Shown: positions 1-8,409, counted from the stretch's first letter. The stretch is DNA of 27,989 bases from a virus (IMGVR_UViG_3300031965_000385:1-27989), one strand, 5' to 3'. The notes: generated by a model not told the origin, from the letters alone. Translations and numbers: made by a program.

Positions 1-2
1 CA

Positions 3-752
3 TCGACCGCGATCGCGGTCATCAAGACGGACGGCTATCTGGCCCTGCAGGAGGGCGGTGCGATCGCCGAGGCGATGGAGGCGAACATGGGCGCCGACGC
101 CGCGCTGCGCGAGTCGGACTTGACCAGAGTGCCGATCCCGACGGGCGGCGGCACGATGTGGCTTGTGCCCACCATCGGCGACGACAAGGCCGTCAAGAGC
201 ATCGACGGCATTCTGGTGGCCATGTGTCTCCGTGGCTTGCTGTGGGCCGGTGACGAGCCCGAGGAGGGCAGTCTGCCGGTCCTGGTCTCGCACGACCTCA
301 AGACGGCCCGGCTGGTCGCGGCGGAGAACGTCGACGCCGCAATGCTCAGAGCGATTGAACCGGCCAAGATGGCCGACGGGCGGTACGACTGGAGCAAACT
401 GCCGCAGAACGAATGGGGCACGGGCAAGAAAGGCCACGGCAAGGCCGCCAAAGAGCAGCGCGTGTTGTATGTACTGCCAGCCGACGAGCCGTTGCCGGTG
501 GTCGTGATTATCCAGCCGGGGTCGCTCAAGGATTGGCAGAAGTTCGTCGTGAGCTTGACCAAGGCCGGCATCCCGTACTATCGCGCGGTCGTGTCGCTGA
601 CGCTCGAAAAGGATACGGCGGCCGAGGGGCAGCCGTTCGCCCGCGTCGTGCCGAAGTTGATCGGCACGATCAGCGAAGCCGAAGGCAAGGTCATCCGCGT
701 AAAGTTCACCGAGCCCATGAAGGCCGTCGCGGCGTGTGCGTTTGCCGGTTGA
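3..752 (+). CDS. Conserved phage replication-region protein, possibly ssDNA-binding; 5' truncated
   Basis: Frame is open from the window edge (STAIAVIKTDGYL... upstream of the ATG at 75). RVPIPTGGG..W motif and position just before the primase resemble phage SSB-like proteins; function is inference. Confidence 0.6.
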   Translation, partial: STAIAVIKTDGYLALQEGGAIAEAMEANMGADAALRESDLTRVPIPTGGGTMWLVPTIGDDKAVKSIDGILVAMCLRGLLWAGDEPEEGSLPVLVSHDLKTARLVAAENVDAAMLRAIEPAKMADGRYDWSKLPQNEWGTGKKGHGKAAKEQRVLYVLPADEPLPVVVIIQPGSLKDWQKFVVSLTKAGIPYYRAVVSLTLEKDTAAEGQPFARVVPKLIGTISEAEGKVIRVKFTEPMKAVAACAFAG

Positions 753-761
753 TTGTAGTTC

Positions 762-798
762 CGCCGGGCGGGGCGATCTCCGCCCGGCGATTTTATTT
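762..798 (+). terminator. Intrinsic terminator
   Basis: CGCCGGGCGGGG (762-773) / CTCCGCCCGGCG (778-789) stem with 4-nt loop, followed by TTTTATTT, 10 nt after the stop at 752. Confidence 0.8.
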
Positions 799-822
799 CG
801 TTGGCTACGGACTGATGGAACG

Positions 823-2283
823 ATGGCCCAAGAAATACTCGATTCGGCGTTGGAGTACGCGGAGTTCGGCTGGCAAGTCGTGCCGATCAAGCCGCGTGAC
901 AAACGCCCGATCTTTGACGACTGGCCGCAGAAAGCGACCAGCGACGCCGACGCGATCGCTGCGCACTGGGCAGAAACGCCAGGCGCAAATGTCGGAATCC
1001 TGCTGGGCGAGCGGTCGGGCATCATCGACTTCGAAGGTGACGGGCCGGACGCCGAGAAAACACTGCTCGCGATCTTCGGCAACGAACCGCCCGTCACGCC
1101 GACCTATAAATCGAGCCGTGGCAAGCATCGGCTGTTTTTCTTTCGCGCAGACCTGCCCGGACAGGGCAAGAATCATTTCAAAGTGGGCGACTTGGAGATT
1201 CGCACGGGGTACGGCGGCAAGGCCGCACAGAGCGTGTTCCCGCCGAGCATCCACCCCGATGGCGGGCGCTACGAATGGCTCGTATCTCCCAGTGAGTGCC
1301 CGCCGGCCGTCATCGGCGATGCCGTGCAAGCGTGGCTGTGGAACTACTTTGACGAGCCGACGGCGGCGCTGGACATCAACAAGCGAGCGAGTAAGGACTG
1401 GCATCGAATTGCCGAAGGCATCGTCGAGGGCGAGCGCAACGACACGCTGGCCAGCTTTGCGGGGAAACTGTTCGCCGACTTGGCCGATCCGTTCGATAAC
1501 GGCGCCGTGGGGCGACTGTATCAACTCATGCAGGCTTGGAACGAACGGAACCGGCCACCGCTGCCCGATGCCGAAGTCAAGCGGACGTTTGAATCTATCC
1601 TGTCGCGGCACCGGCAAAAGACAACATCGCTCAATGCAAACGAACACTTCGAGAAGGACAAGCCGGCTACGGCACCTGACGATTGGAAACTTGAGATTGT
1701 CGAGAGCCGACCGCGGAAGTATCGGCTCTATTCGCCGCTGTGGGCTGAGGCGACTCAAGGTGGGTACATCACGTTGTCGGTTGACCAGTTCATGGTGGCC
1801 AGCCGCGTGCGGAGGGAGTCGCTCGAACAAGCCGATGTGTGGGTCGAGCCGAGCCGGTTCGATCGCCGTTGGATGGGCGGAAAGGGAGTCGATTCGTTGG
1901 CCCGCCAGCTTGTCCAGTCGGCCACGCACGTGGCCGCGGAACCCGAGGAGCGTCGCGACGTCGTGGTCGCCGAGTCCCTGCTGTGGTGCCTCGAACGGGC
2001 ACGGGTCGCAGTCGGTGAAAACGACCCAGACCCCAGTGGGCGTCCTATTCGAATGTCGGATGGATCGGTTTGGTTTCAGGTGGGAGCCGTGCTGGAGGAC
2101 GTCGGATACACGCTTTCGAAGATCAAGCACGGCGAGATTGTCGACGTTCTGCGGAGCGCTGGCGCTACAACCAAACAGACCCGTGTGGGGTCTGCTGTCA
2201 AGAGGTTTAAAGTCATAGATCGTATGGGGTTACGGAATTTGAGGGAGGCGGCTGAGGTCATGCAGGAAGTAGAAAAAACGTAG
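823..2283 (+). CDS. Bifunctional DNA primase/polymerase (Prim-Pol, AEP) with PriCT-1 domain, 486 aa
   Basis: ALEYAEFGWQVVPI..DKRP, ANVGILLG..SGIIDFEGD, RGKHRLF, VFPPSIHPDGGRYEW, then EGERNDTLASFAGKL...WNERNRPPL. Start placed at ATG 823 (MAQEIL), downstream of the terminator. Confidence 0.92.
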   Translation: MAQEILDSALEYAEFGWQVVPIKPRDKRPIFDDWPQKATSDADAIAAHWAETPGANVGILLGERSGIIDFEGDGPDAEKTLLAIFGNEPPVTPTYKSSRGKHRLFFFRADLPGQGKNHFKVGDLEIRTGYGGKAAQSVFPPSIHPDGGRYEWLVSPSECPPAVIGDAVQAWLWNYFDEPTAALDINKRASKDWHRIAEGIVEGERNDTLASFAGKLFADLADPFDNGAVGRLYQLMQAWNERNRPPLPDAEVKRTFESILSRHRQKTTSLNANEHFEKDKPATAPDDWKLEIVESRPRKYRLYSPLWAEATQGGYITLSVDQFMVASRVRRESLEQADVWVEPSRFDRRWMGGKGVDSLARQLVQSATHVAAEPEERRDVVVAESLLWCLERARVAVGENDPDPSGRPIRMSDGSVWFQVGAVLEDVGYTLSKIKHGEIVDVLRSAGATTKQTRVGSAVKRFKVIDRMGLRNLREAAEVMQEVEKT

Positions 2284-2418
2284 CGCGCAGTTACTACGCG
2301 AGGGCAAAAAACATTTTGCCCGGAGTAAAGCGCTACGCGCTACAAATGGCGCAACATTTTGTGAGCTAATAGGTTACGACTAGCGCCGACGTATTTTAAC
2401 AGCGCTACACGCGCTACA
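2279..2418. repeat. GCGCTAC direct/inverted repeat cluster, candidate replication origin
   Basis: AGCGCTACGCGCTACA (2329-2344), AGCGCTACACGCGCTACA (2401-2418), inverted CGTAGCGCG (2279-2287) and TAGCGC (2381-2386), plus GGGCAAAA-AACA-TTTTGCCC dyad (2302-2321). Confidence 0.65.
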
Positions 2419-2430
2419 GGTTTGACGTAA

Positions 2431-4071
2431 ATGCCTACCATAGCAAGACTTATCGGCGGTGCTGGCACTGGCAAAACGGCCGAGCTGATGCGACTGTTGG
2501 CGCTACAACTTGAGCAGGGCGTCGATCCGTACCAAGTCGGGTTTGTCTCGTTTACCAAGGCTGCCAGACGCGAAGCTGCAGAGAGGGCGGCGGAAGTGTC
2601 TGGTGAGCAAGCAGCGAGTCTTGAGCAAAACGGGTGGTTTAGGACGTTACACTCGGTTTGCTTTCAGTGCCTCGGGGAGAAACGGGACGCGATGGTCACC
2701 GGCGACCGGAAGTCAGTCCGGTGGATCGAAGAGCAGCTTGAGGCCGAGGTCGGTAAAGCCCCGAGCAATTCGCTGGACGAAGAGAACGACTTCGGGGCGT
2801 CGACCGACGCCGGCCTGGCCCTGCAACTCTGGTCGACGGCCCGTAACCGCCTGGAGCCGCTCATGGCGGCCTGGGAGCGTGCCGACCGCTGTTCGAACCG
2901 CACCCCGCCTTACGAGGCCGTCGCCGACATCGTCACGCGGTATGAGCAGGCCAAGCGTCTGGACTTCGTTTCCGACTTTACCGATCTCCTGGGCCGTTTC
3001 GCCGGTTACAAGTTCAACGTCAACGGGCACGATCGCACTAAGCCGGCGGGCGACGTACCGCAGTTGCCAGTCTGGTTTTTTGACGAGCAGCAGGACACGT
3101 CGGCGCTCCTCGATACAGTGTGCCACCGTCTGATTGAATCATCTGATTGGGTGTACGTCGTCGGAGACCCATTCCAGGCGATCTACGGCTGGGCCGGCGC
3201 CGATCCGAAGTTGTTTCTCGCCTGGCCTGCGGCGAAGGAACGGATCATGCCGCAGAGTTTTCGCTGCCCGCTCGCGATCCACAACCTGGGCGAATCGATT
3301 CTTCGTGAAGCCTCGGATTTTTGGGATCGTGGCATCAAGTCATCGGACCACGAGGGGTCCGTTGAACACGAACGATTTACAAGTTACTTGCTAGATCAGA
3401 TTGATCCATCCCAAAACTGGCTGCTGTTGGCGCGCACGAACTGGCTGGCCAATAAGCTCACGAGGCGCCTAAAAGAGCTAGGCGTGCCGTGGTGTCCCAC
3501 GCGCGGACACGGCGGCTGGAACCGGCCGGCCAAGAACAAGGCGCTTAACGCGCTGTACGATCTGCAGCGTGGTGCACCGATCATGGGCGACGAGTGGCAA
3601 GCGATCTTAAAGCTGGTCCCGTCAAAAGACGACGCCGGCCCCCTGCTGGAGCGCGGCACGAAAGCCGACTGGGACGCGCACTGGCAGTCGCGCAAGCAGC
3701 AGGGCTTCTACCTGCCCGATCTGAGCCAAGCCGGTGCATTGCCCCGCCTGATAGAAGCGATTGCTACTGGCACGTGGGTGGCTCTGGTGGCACACGGCGA
3801 AGAGTATACTCGGGCCCGCGGTCGGTGGGGCATCGACGCAGTTCACCGGCCTAGTGTCCGGGTCGGAACTATCCACAGCGCGAAAGGCGCTGAGGCAGAC
3901 AATGTCCTGTGGCTCACGACGACGACATCTGCCGTATCGAAGTCGTGCGAAGATCCGCAGGGCTTTGACGAGGAGTGCCGCGTTTCCTACGTGGCGGCGA
4001 CACGGGCCCGCAAGCGGCTGATCGTGGCGAGCGAACCGAATCAAAGGCATCGTTGGAAGGTGTCGGCATGA
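2431..4071 (+). CDS. UvrD/Rep-like superfamily 1 helicase, 546 aa
   Basis: Walker A GGAGTGKT, SFTKAA, RTLHS, FFDEQQD, VGDPFQAIYGW, QSFRCP, LLLARTN, TIHSAKGAEAD, YVAATRARKRL. Confidence 0.95.
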   Translation: MPTIARLIGGAGTGKTAELMRLLALQLEQGVDPYQVGFVSFTKAARREAAERAAEVSGEQAASLEQNGWFRTLHSVCFQCLGEKRDAMVTGDRKSVRWIEEQLEAEVGKAPSNSLDEENDFGASTDAGLALQLWSTARNRLEPLMAAWERADRCSNRTPPYEAVADIVTRYEQAKRLDFVSDFTDLLGRFAGYKFNVNGHDRTKPAGDVPQLPVWFFDEQQDTSALLDTVCHRLIESSDWVYVVGDPFQAIYGWAGADPKLFLAWPAAKERIMPQSFRCPLAIHNLGESILREASDFWDRGIKSSDHEGSVEHERFTSYLLDQIDPSQNWLLLARTNWLANKLTRRLKELGVPWCPTRGHGGWNRPAKNKALNALYDLQRGAPIMGDEWQAILKLVPSKDDAGPLLERGTKADWDAHWQSRKQQGFYLPDLSQAGALPRLIEAIATGTWVALVAHGEEYTRARGRWGIDAVHRPSVRVGTIHSAKGAEADNVLWLTTTTSAVSKSCEDPQGFDEECRVSYVAATRARKRLIVASEPNQRHRWKVSA

Positions 4072-4382
4072 ACAACAACGCTACTCACTCGCGACTCTGT
4101 TCGCAGATCGTCGGCGTGATCCGCAAGCGGGGCGGGTACGCGAAGCCGATCGCGGGCGGTGCGTTCCAGAGCGCAGGCACGGCCGATATCCTCGGCTGCT
4201 TCGCCGGATGTTTTCTCTCCCTGGAGGTCAAGACGGGGAAGGCACGGCCGACGAAGCTACAGATTCACGAACGGAATTTAGTGCGGCGCGCCGGTGGCGT
4301 CGCAGAGATCGTCAGGTACGTCGAGGAAGTCGAGAACATACTCGACCAGTTGGCGGTAAACGGAAAAAGCTACACCCACTAA
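4068..4382 (+). CDS. VRR-NUC (PD-(D/E)xK) nuclease / resolvase-like protein, 104 aa
   Basis: AGTADIL...LEVKT..RPTKLQ...AGG pattern; ATGA overlap with helicase stop. Confidence 0.85.
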   Translation: MNNNATHSRLCSQIVGVIRKRGGYAKPIAGGAFQSAGTADILGCFAGCFLSLEVKTGKARPTKLQIHERNLVRRAGGVAEIVRYVEEVENILDQLAVNGKSYTH

Positions 4383-4395
4383 CAAGGAGATCGCG

Positions 4396-4923
4396 ATGCC
4401 AACGTATGAAAAAGCACCGGAGCAAGTCAATTCGCTACTCAAAAAAGTAATGGAGAAATACCACGGTGGCTTGCACGAAGCGGGCGTAACCGTCGACGTT
4501 TTGATGGCCTTCCCAACCATGACTGAGGATGGTGAAAGCTTGGGGCCACCACTCAAGATCAAGGGTTATCCCTGCGCGGCGATCGTGAAATCGAACTCAC
4601 TGAAAAACCGCGTTGCCGGACTGGGGGACGCGGAGATTTGCATCGACGCCGATCAATGGAAAGTTCTGTCCGACGCGCAGAAAGAAGCGCTGATGGACCA
4701 CGAACTTGCGCACCTGGAAGTGAAAAAAGACAAAGACGAACAGATTGTATTCGACGACCACGCGCGGCCGAAGTTGCGCACGCGACCGCACGACAAGGAA
4801 GTCGGCTGGTTCGATGAAGTAGCACGACGGCATGGAAAAGCGGCGATAGAGTTTTCGGCGTTCGATGCAATCTGGCAAAGCTGCCGACAACTGAACATGC
4901 CGTTCTTAGACGAAATTGGTTAG
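4396..4923 (+). CDS. Putative phage metallopeptidase (HExxH), 175 aa
   Basis: W..LSDAQKEALMDHELAH followed by RPHDKE; SD AAGGAG upstream. Confidence 0.8.
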   Translation: MPTYEKAPEQVNSLLKKVMEKYHGGLHEAGVTVDVLMAFPTMTEDGESLGPPLKIKGYPCAAIVKSNSLKNRVAGLGDAEICIDADQWKVLSDAQKEALMDHELAHLEVKKDKDEQIVFDDHARPKLRTRPHDKEVGWFDEVARRHGKAAIEFSAFDAIWQSCRQLNMPFLDEIG

Positions 4924-4935
4924 GAGCGAACAGCC

Positions 4936-5508
4936 ATGATTAGCCTTTTGCCGTTCTGCGACGAAAACGCTGCGGAGTCCAGGCTTCCTGGCATGGTTCG
5001 TCCGTGGCGGGAAGGCTCGTTCGTTTACGCTACCAACGGGGCCATCCTGGTCCGTGTGAATGCCGAGGACTTTACCTTATGGATGCCGGCGACCGAACGG
5101 GTGCTAAACAATTGCGGGACACTCATTGAACACGCACTGAAAATAAGGCGTTGGGAAAAGTGGCCGAAGATACCGACGTGCCGTCGCTGCGACAACACCG
5201 GCCACGCTTTCCAGGCGTGCGCGGATTGCACGGACCACACCGATCCTGTCGATGATGAGTGCGTGGAGTGCAGCGGCACGGGCGAAGTCAAAACGCTGTG
5301 CGATTGTACAATCACACTCGGGAAAACAACTATTGCCTTGCGATATGCTGAGTTGTGTAGCTTGTTGCCGGACGCGCGTTGGGCGCAGACGACGAAAGAG
5401 CACAAGATTGCGTTCAAGTTTTCTGGCGGCTATGGCGTAGTGATGGGGATGGTATTTCCAAAGGAGCGAACTGAGAAGCGGCACCGACTGCGACGGATGC
5501 AACCATAA
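4936..5508 (+). CDS. Hypothetical protein with central DnaJ-like CxxC zinc finger, 190 aa
   Basis: CRRCDNTG, CADC, CVECSGTG; SD TAGGAG upstream. Confidence 0.7.
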   Translation: MISLLPFCDENAAESRLPGMVRPWREGSFVYATNGAILVRVNAEDFTLWMPATERVLNNCGTLIEHALKIRRWEKWPKIPTCRRCDNTGHAFQACADCTDHTDPVDDECVECSGTGEVKTLCDCTITLGKTTIALRYAELCSLLPDARWAQTTKEHKIAFKFSGGYGVVMGMVFPKERTEKRHRLRRMQP

Positions 5509-5522
5509 TGTCGAAACTGGAC

Positions 5523-5585
5523 GGCCGGCAGCGGCAAGCGGATCGAACCGCTGCCGGTCCTTTGTGACTCACGATCCGAATGGAG
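5523..5585 (+). promoter_or_regulatory. Structured csrA leader: hairpin with GGA loop and potential pseudoknot next to the SD
   Basis: 12-bp stem 5523-5534/5548-5559; loop CAAGCGGATCGAA; loop bases CGGATCG (5539-5545) are the exact reverse complement of CGATCCG (5572-5578); ATGGAG SD at 5580-5585. Confidence 0.55.
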
Positions 5586-5593
5586 TAACGATC

Positions 5594-5794
5594 ATGTTAG
5601 TGCTATCGAGAAAAAAGAATGAGATCATCAAGATCAACGACGACATCACGATCATGGTGGTCGACATCCGCGGCGACAAGGTCCGGCTGGGCATCGAGGC
5701 GCCGCGCGAAGTGGCCGTGCATCGCGGGGAATTGTACGCGGCGATCCGCCGGCGCCGCGTGGAGTCGCACACCGACCCTGACTTTACCCACTAA
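5594..5794 (+). CDS. csrA: Carbon storage regulator CsrA/RsmA family translational regulator, 66 aa
   Basis: MLVLSRKKNEIIKINDDITIMVVDIRGDKVRLGIEAPREVAVHRGELY matches the CsrA family signature along its length, including VHR.E. Confidence 0.96.
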   Translation: MLVLSRKKNEIIKINDDITIMVVDIRGDKVRLGIEAPREVAVHRGELYAAIRRRRVESHTDPDFTH

Positions 5795-5800
5795 CCTGGG

Positions 5801-5944
5801 ATGATGGAGATGGAAACGACGAAGCGTGCAAACTTGGCGAGCAAGGCCCTGTCCGCGGGCAGTAGTGTTTGTGGTGGTCCGTACTGCGGGCAAGCCCTGC
5901 AGGGGCTGAATGCGATGACGACCGAACGATGGCGAGCGGAGTGA
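5801..5944 (+). CDS. Possible small hypothetical protein, 47 aa
   Basis: Self-translated MMEMETTKRANLAS...TERWRAE*; fills the gap between csrA and the ORF at 5948. No homology evidence. Confidence 0.3.
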   Translation: MMEMETTKRANLASKALSAGSSVCGGPYCGQALQGLNAMTTERWRAE

Positions 5945-5947
5945 GCC

Positions 5948-6181
5948 ATGACGACCGACACCAGCAGCATGACGTTTCCACGCTGTGCAAAACTCGGCTT
6001 GCTAGCTCGCAACCGCTACGGCGACACGGTTGTGTGGGCGTATCCTTTGTGCGAAGCGCTCGGCAATGAACAATTTCTCGAATGTAGAAAAGGATTGCGC
6101 AACGTCAAAAATAGCGGCATCGACCCACAGAGCGTCGAGGATTTTCTGGAAGCCACCAAGTTTGGAGAGCCCAACCCTTAG
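5948..6181 (+). CDS. Hypothetical protein, 77 aa
   Basis: GGAG SD before ATG, fits gene packing. Confidence 0.55.
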   Translation: MTTDTSSMTFPRCAKLGLLARNRYGDTVVWAYPLCEALGNEQFLECRKGLRNVKNSGIDPQSVEDFLEATKFGEPNP

Positions 6182-6196
6182 ATAGGAGCCACGTAA

Positions 6197-6418
6197 ATGG
6201 GATTCGACAAGCCACGAGACGAGCCCGACCAGGACGAATACGATCGCCGAGAAGCCGGAATGGACGATGACGACGAGCCTTGCGGCACTTGCGACCAATG
6301 CGAAGGCAACCTGTATCCAGACGACACGTATTTCGACGTCGACTTTCAATACTGCGGTCAGTGCTATTGGTTGTTGACAGACGGCACAGGCCAATTTTCC
6401 GAGGAGGAGACGCAATGA
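6197..6418 (+). CDS. Small acidic protein with CxxC...CxxC, 73 aa
   Basis: SD TAGGAG; CDQC and CGQC pairs; ATGA overlap with the next gene. Confidence 0.65.
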   Translation: MGFDKPRDEPDQDEYDRREAGMDDDDEPCGTCDQCEGNLYPDDTYFDVDFQYCGQCYWLLTDGTGQFSEEETQ

Positions 6419-6663
6419 GCTTCGGAATCTTATGCCGCACGAAAGACGACGGCGGTTGTGGTGCCTTGGCGACGTTCCGATTTACTTGGCCGGGGAAAGA
6501 CGAATCTTACGTGTGCCCCGAATGTGCGCTGAAGCTGTGCGCGATTGCGAACGCAATTGGATTGCACCTTCAGATGATTGCGCTGTCGGCTTCCGACCAC
6601 GCCGGCCCGCTTGGCATGCAGTCGATAGAGGAACAGTTAGGGGCGAGGGAACCAACGTCATGA
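6415..6663 (+). CDS. Hypothetical Cys-containing protein, 82 aa
   Basis: Strong SD GAGGAGG; ATGA overlaps at both ends; C...C and CPEC motifs. Confidence 0.7.
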   Translation: MSFGILCRTKDDGGCGALATFRFTWPGKDESYVCPECALKLCAIANAIGLHLQMIALSASDHAGPLGMQSIEEQLGAREPTS

Positions 6664-7346
6664 CAAACGCGCGATTTTATCAGTTGATGTCAAACTACAA
6701 CGAAAGCCTCACGCCACAAGAGCGTGACGAAGGCTGGCACTGGTGCTGCGAATGGGACGGATTGTTGGTGGGTCCACGCACCGGAGAGTGGGGAGATGAT
6801 CCTCAACAATGTCGTTGCGGCTATCCATTGTTGCGGCTATCCATTACCGACGACTGGCCGGACTCCGAAGGCTACTGGTGGATTCAAACTAGAACCAAGG
6901 GCCAAAAAGACTGGTGCGAGGAAGCCGTCCGCCTGGATAGCGGCGGAATCGGGCTGCTAATCGGCGGCGACCAACTCAACGATCGCCATTTGTTCGAGTC
7001 GGAATATGGGCCATGCCGCTTCGCGCGTTGCGAGCCCAGCCCCTTCGGAGAGAGCGATGCCACCGAGCATCAAGACCATCGGCGTGTCGTCGTCGAGGAA
7101 CGGGCACCCGGCACTGAGAATAATTTGACCATGACCGACCAAGTAAACCACCCTGCCTACTACACGGCCGGCGGCATTGAAGTGTTCGACTTCATCGAAG
7201 CCAAGGGATTCGGGTTCGCGCTGGGCAACGTGATAAAATATACCTCACGCGCCGGGAAAAAGGGTGACGCGCTCACCGACCTACGGAAAGCCAAATGGTA
7301 CCTCGACCGCGAGATTCGCCGCCTGGAACGGGAAACGGGGGGCTAA
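6660..7346 (+). CDS. Multi-module protein with C-terminal DUF3310 (SaV / T7 gp1.7-like) domain, 228 aa
   Basis: C-terminus DQVNHPAYYTAGGIEVFDFIE...FALGNVIKYTSRAGKKGDALTDLRKAKWYLDREI from in-frame ATG 7131; N-terminal Trp/Cys-rich part is unassigned. Confidence 0.8.
   Translation: MTNARFYQLMSNYNESLTPQERDEGWHWCCEWDGLLVGPRTGEWGDDPQQCRCGYPLLRLSITDDWPDSEGYWWIQTRTKGQKDWCEEAVRLDSGGIGLLIGGDQLNDRHLFESEYGPCRFARCEPSPFGESDATEHQDHRRVVVEERAPGTENNLTMTDQVNHPAYYTAGGIEVFDFIEAKGFGFALGNVIKYTSRAGKKGDALTDLRKAKWYLDREIRRLERETGG
6814..6845 (+). repeat. Perfect 16-bp tandem duplication
   Basis: GTTGCGGCTATCCATT at 6814-6829 and 6830-6845. Confidence 0.95.
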
Positions 7347-7359
7347 CACAGCGCACCGC

Positions 7360-7548
7360 ATGGACGCCAGCAAGCAACACCCCCGTCGCCCAACCAACAT
7401 TCCGCTTGACAAAGCGGTGTCGGATTTCCGAAAATGGTTGTCAGACCAAGCTAGTCAGCGGACGTGTGGACCACGGACGTTGAACCTGTCTTTCGATCAG
7501 GGAGCCATCGTAAAGTTTGACGCGCTCGAACCTAGGCGAGTGTCGTAA
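7360..7548 (+). CDS. Small hypothetical protein with helix plus beta-hairpin pattern reminiscent of DUF2292/YezD, 62 aa
   Basis: ...CGPRTLNLSFDQGAIVKFD... resembles the G-x-l-x-l-x-x-x-x-G-x-I pattern; immediately followed by a long hairpin. Family call is tentative and SD is poor. Confidence 0.4.
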   Translation: MDASKQHPRRPTNIPLDKAVSDFRKWLSDQASQRTCGPRTLNLSFDQGAIVKFDALEPRRVS

Positions 7549-7567
7549 CTCAGATTGACCGACCAGC

Positions 7568-7629
7568 AAAACGCGGCCGGATGAATTCTCACCAGAAATG
7601 GTGCGCTTTCGTCCGGCCGCGTTTTCGTT
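7568..7629 (+). terminator. Long hairpin with GAAA tetraloop; terminator or structured leader of the late block
   Basis: AAAACGCGGCCGGATGAA (7568-7585) pairs with TTCGTCCGGCCGCGTTTT (7608-7625); apical CACCA-GAAA-TGGTG (7590-7603). Confidence 0.7.
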
Positions 7630-7746
7630 GCGCTTAGACGAAAGGAATCCCAATGCAATGGCATTTCGCAATCGTATTTCTCGTGGCCTGTTGCCTCTGT
7701 GGTCCGCCAGTGGAGAGCAACGTCGAACCGCCGGCGGGGGAGTGTG

Positions 7747-8409
7747 ATGCTGATCGTGCAGTGTATCGGCGGCTTCACCCAGTCGGAGGGGACTTGGAAC
7801 GGGGTGCTGCAACTCAAAGAACGGCTGCTGTCAGAACTGGACGAATACAGCGGCTTGGCGGCGCGCGTGCGATTCGATCCGTGGAGCGCGAACTGGCAGC
7901 AGATAGCGCGTCAAATGCACCTGCTCCGAAACTACTACACACGCGAGCGGTTTGTGATTGTGGCCTGCGCTTACTCATGGGGTGCCGGCAACGGGCTCAA
8001 GAGGTTTGCGGCAGCCCTCGACCGCTACGGCCTGGAAATCGAGGTAGCGATACTTGCCGACGGCGTGTTCCACAGTTGGCTACCGAGGAGCTTGTGGTTT
8101 TTGGAATTTCGCGGGCTGTGCGGGTTGTCGAGGATTCGGCTGCCGTCGAACGTGCGTGCGATGCACGGTTTCTATCAGCGAGTGGGGCGCCCTTGGGGAT
8201 TGAAGCCCGAAGGCAACGGCAAGTGTCTGAGTTGGACACAACTGCGATTGCCGCACGTAGAGGTAGACGACTCTCACGAGTGGCACGACCAGTGCGCGCA
8301 GAGCGTGAGAGCGGCAGTACGATTGGCCGTAGGCGCGGCGCGAAATGTACCGGACGAAGCGCCCAGGACAGCGGCGCTGGAGAGCCGGCTGGCGCCGCCC
8401 AAAGAGTAA
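7747..8409 (+). CDS. Alpha/beta-hydrolase-fold protein, 220 aa
   Basis: N-terminal strand CIGGFTQ, nucleophile-elbow-like ACAYSWGAG, AILADGV strand, late His (LPHVEVD); SD GGGGAG. Confidence 0.7.
   Translation: MLIVQCIGGFTQSEGTWNGVLQLKERLLSELDEYSGLAARVRFDPWSANWQQIARQMHLLRNYYTRERFVIVACAYSWGAGNGLKRFAAALDRYGLEIEVAILADGVFHSWLPRSLWFLEFRGLCGLSRIRLPSNVRAMHGFYQRVGRPWGLKPEGNGKCLSWTQLRLPHVEVDDSHEWHDQCAQSVRAAVRLAVGAARNVPDEAPRTAALESRLAPPKE

Noticed and set aside
736-822. Upstream extensions given by the ORF track (736, 3975, 6280, 6432, 8458, 12493, 13609, 16950, 23935 starts)
   Set aside because: They overlap upstream genes or hairpins; downstream starts with SD or ATGA/GTGA coupling fit better.
805-2130. 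441-aa antisense ORF, and other long minus-strand ORFs such as 15827-16519 and 25882-26742
   Set aside because: They mirror motif-bearing + strand genes; antisense frames stay open because of codon bias. No independent evidence.
413-2218. 601-aa + strand ORF in an alternative frame
   Set aside because: Arg/Ser-rich with no motifs, crosses a terminator, and overlaps the well-supported SSB-like and primase genes; typical shadow frame in GC-rich DNA.
2350-2378. dif/Xer-like 28-bp site, and a similar-looking ATAAGGACTTACG at 19324-19336
   Set aside because: Match to known XerC/XerD arms is too weak to support by eye.
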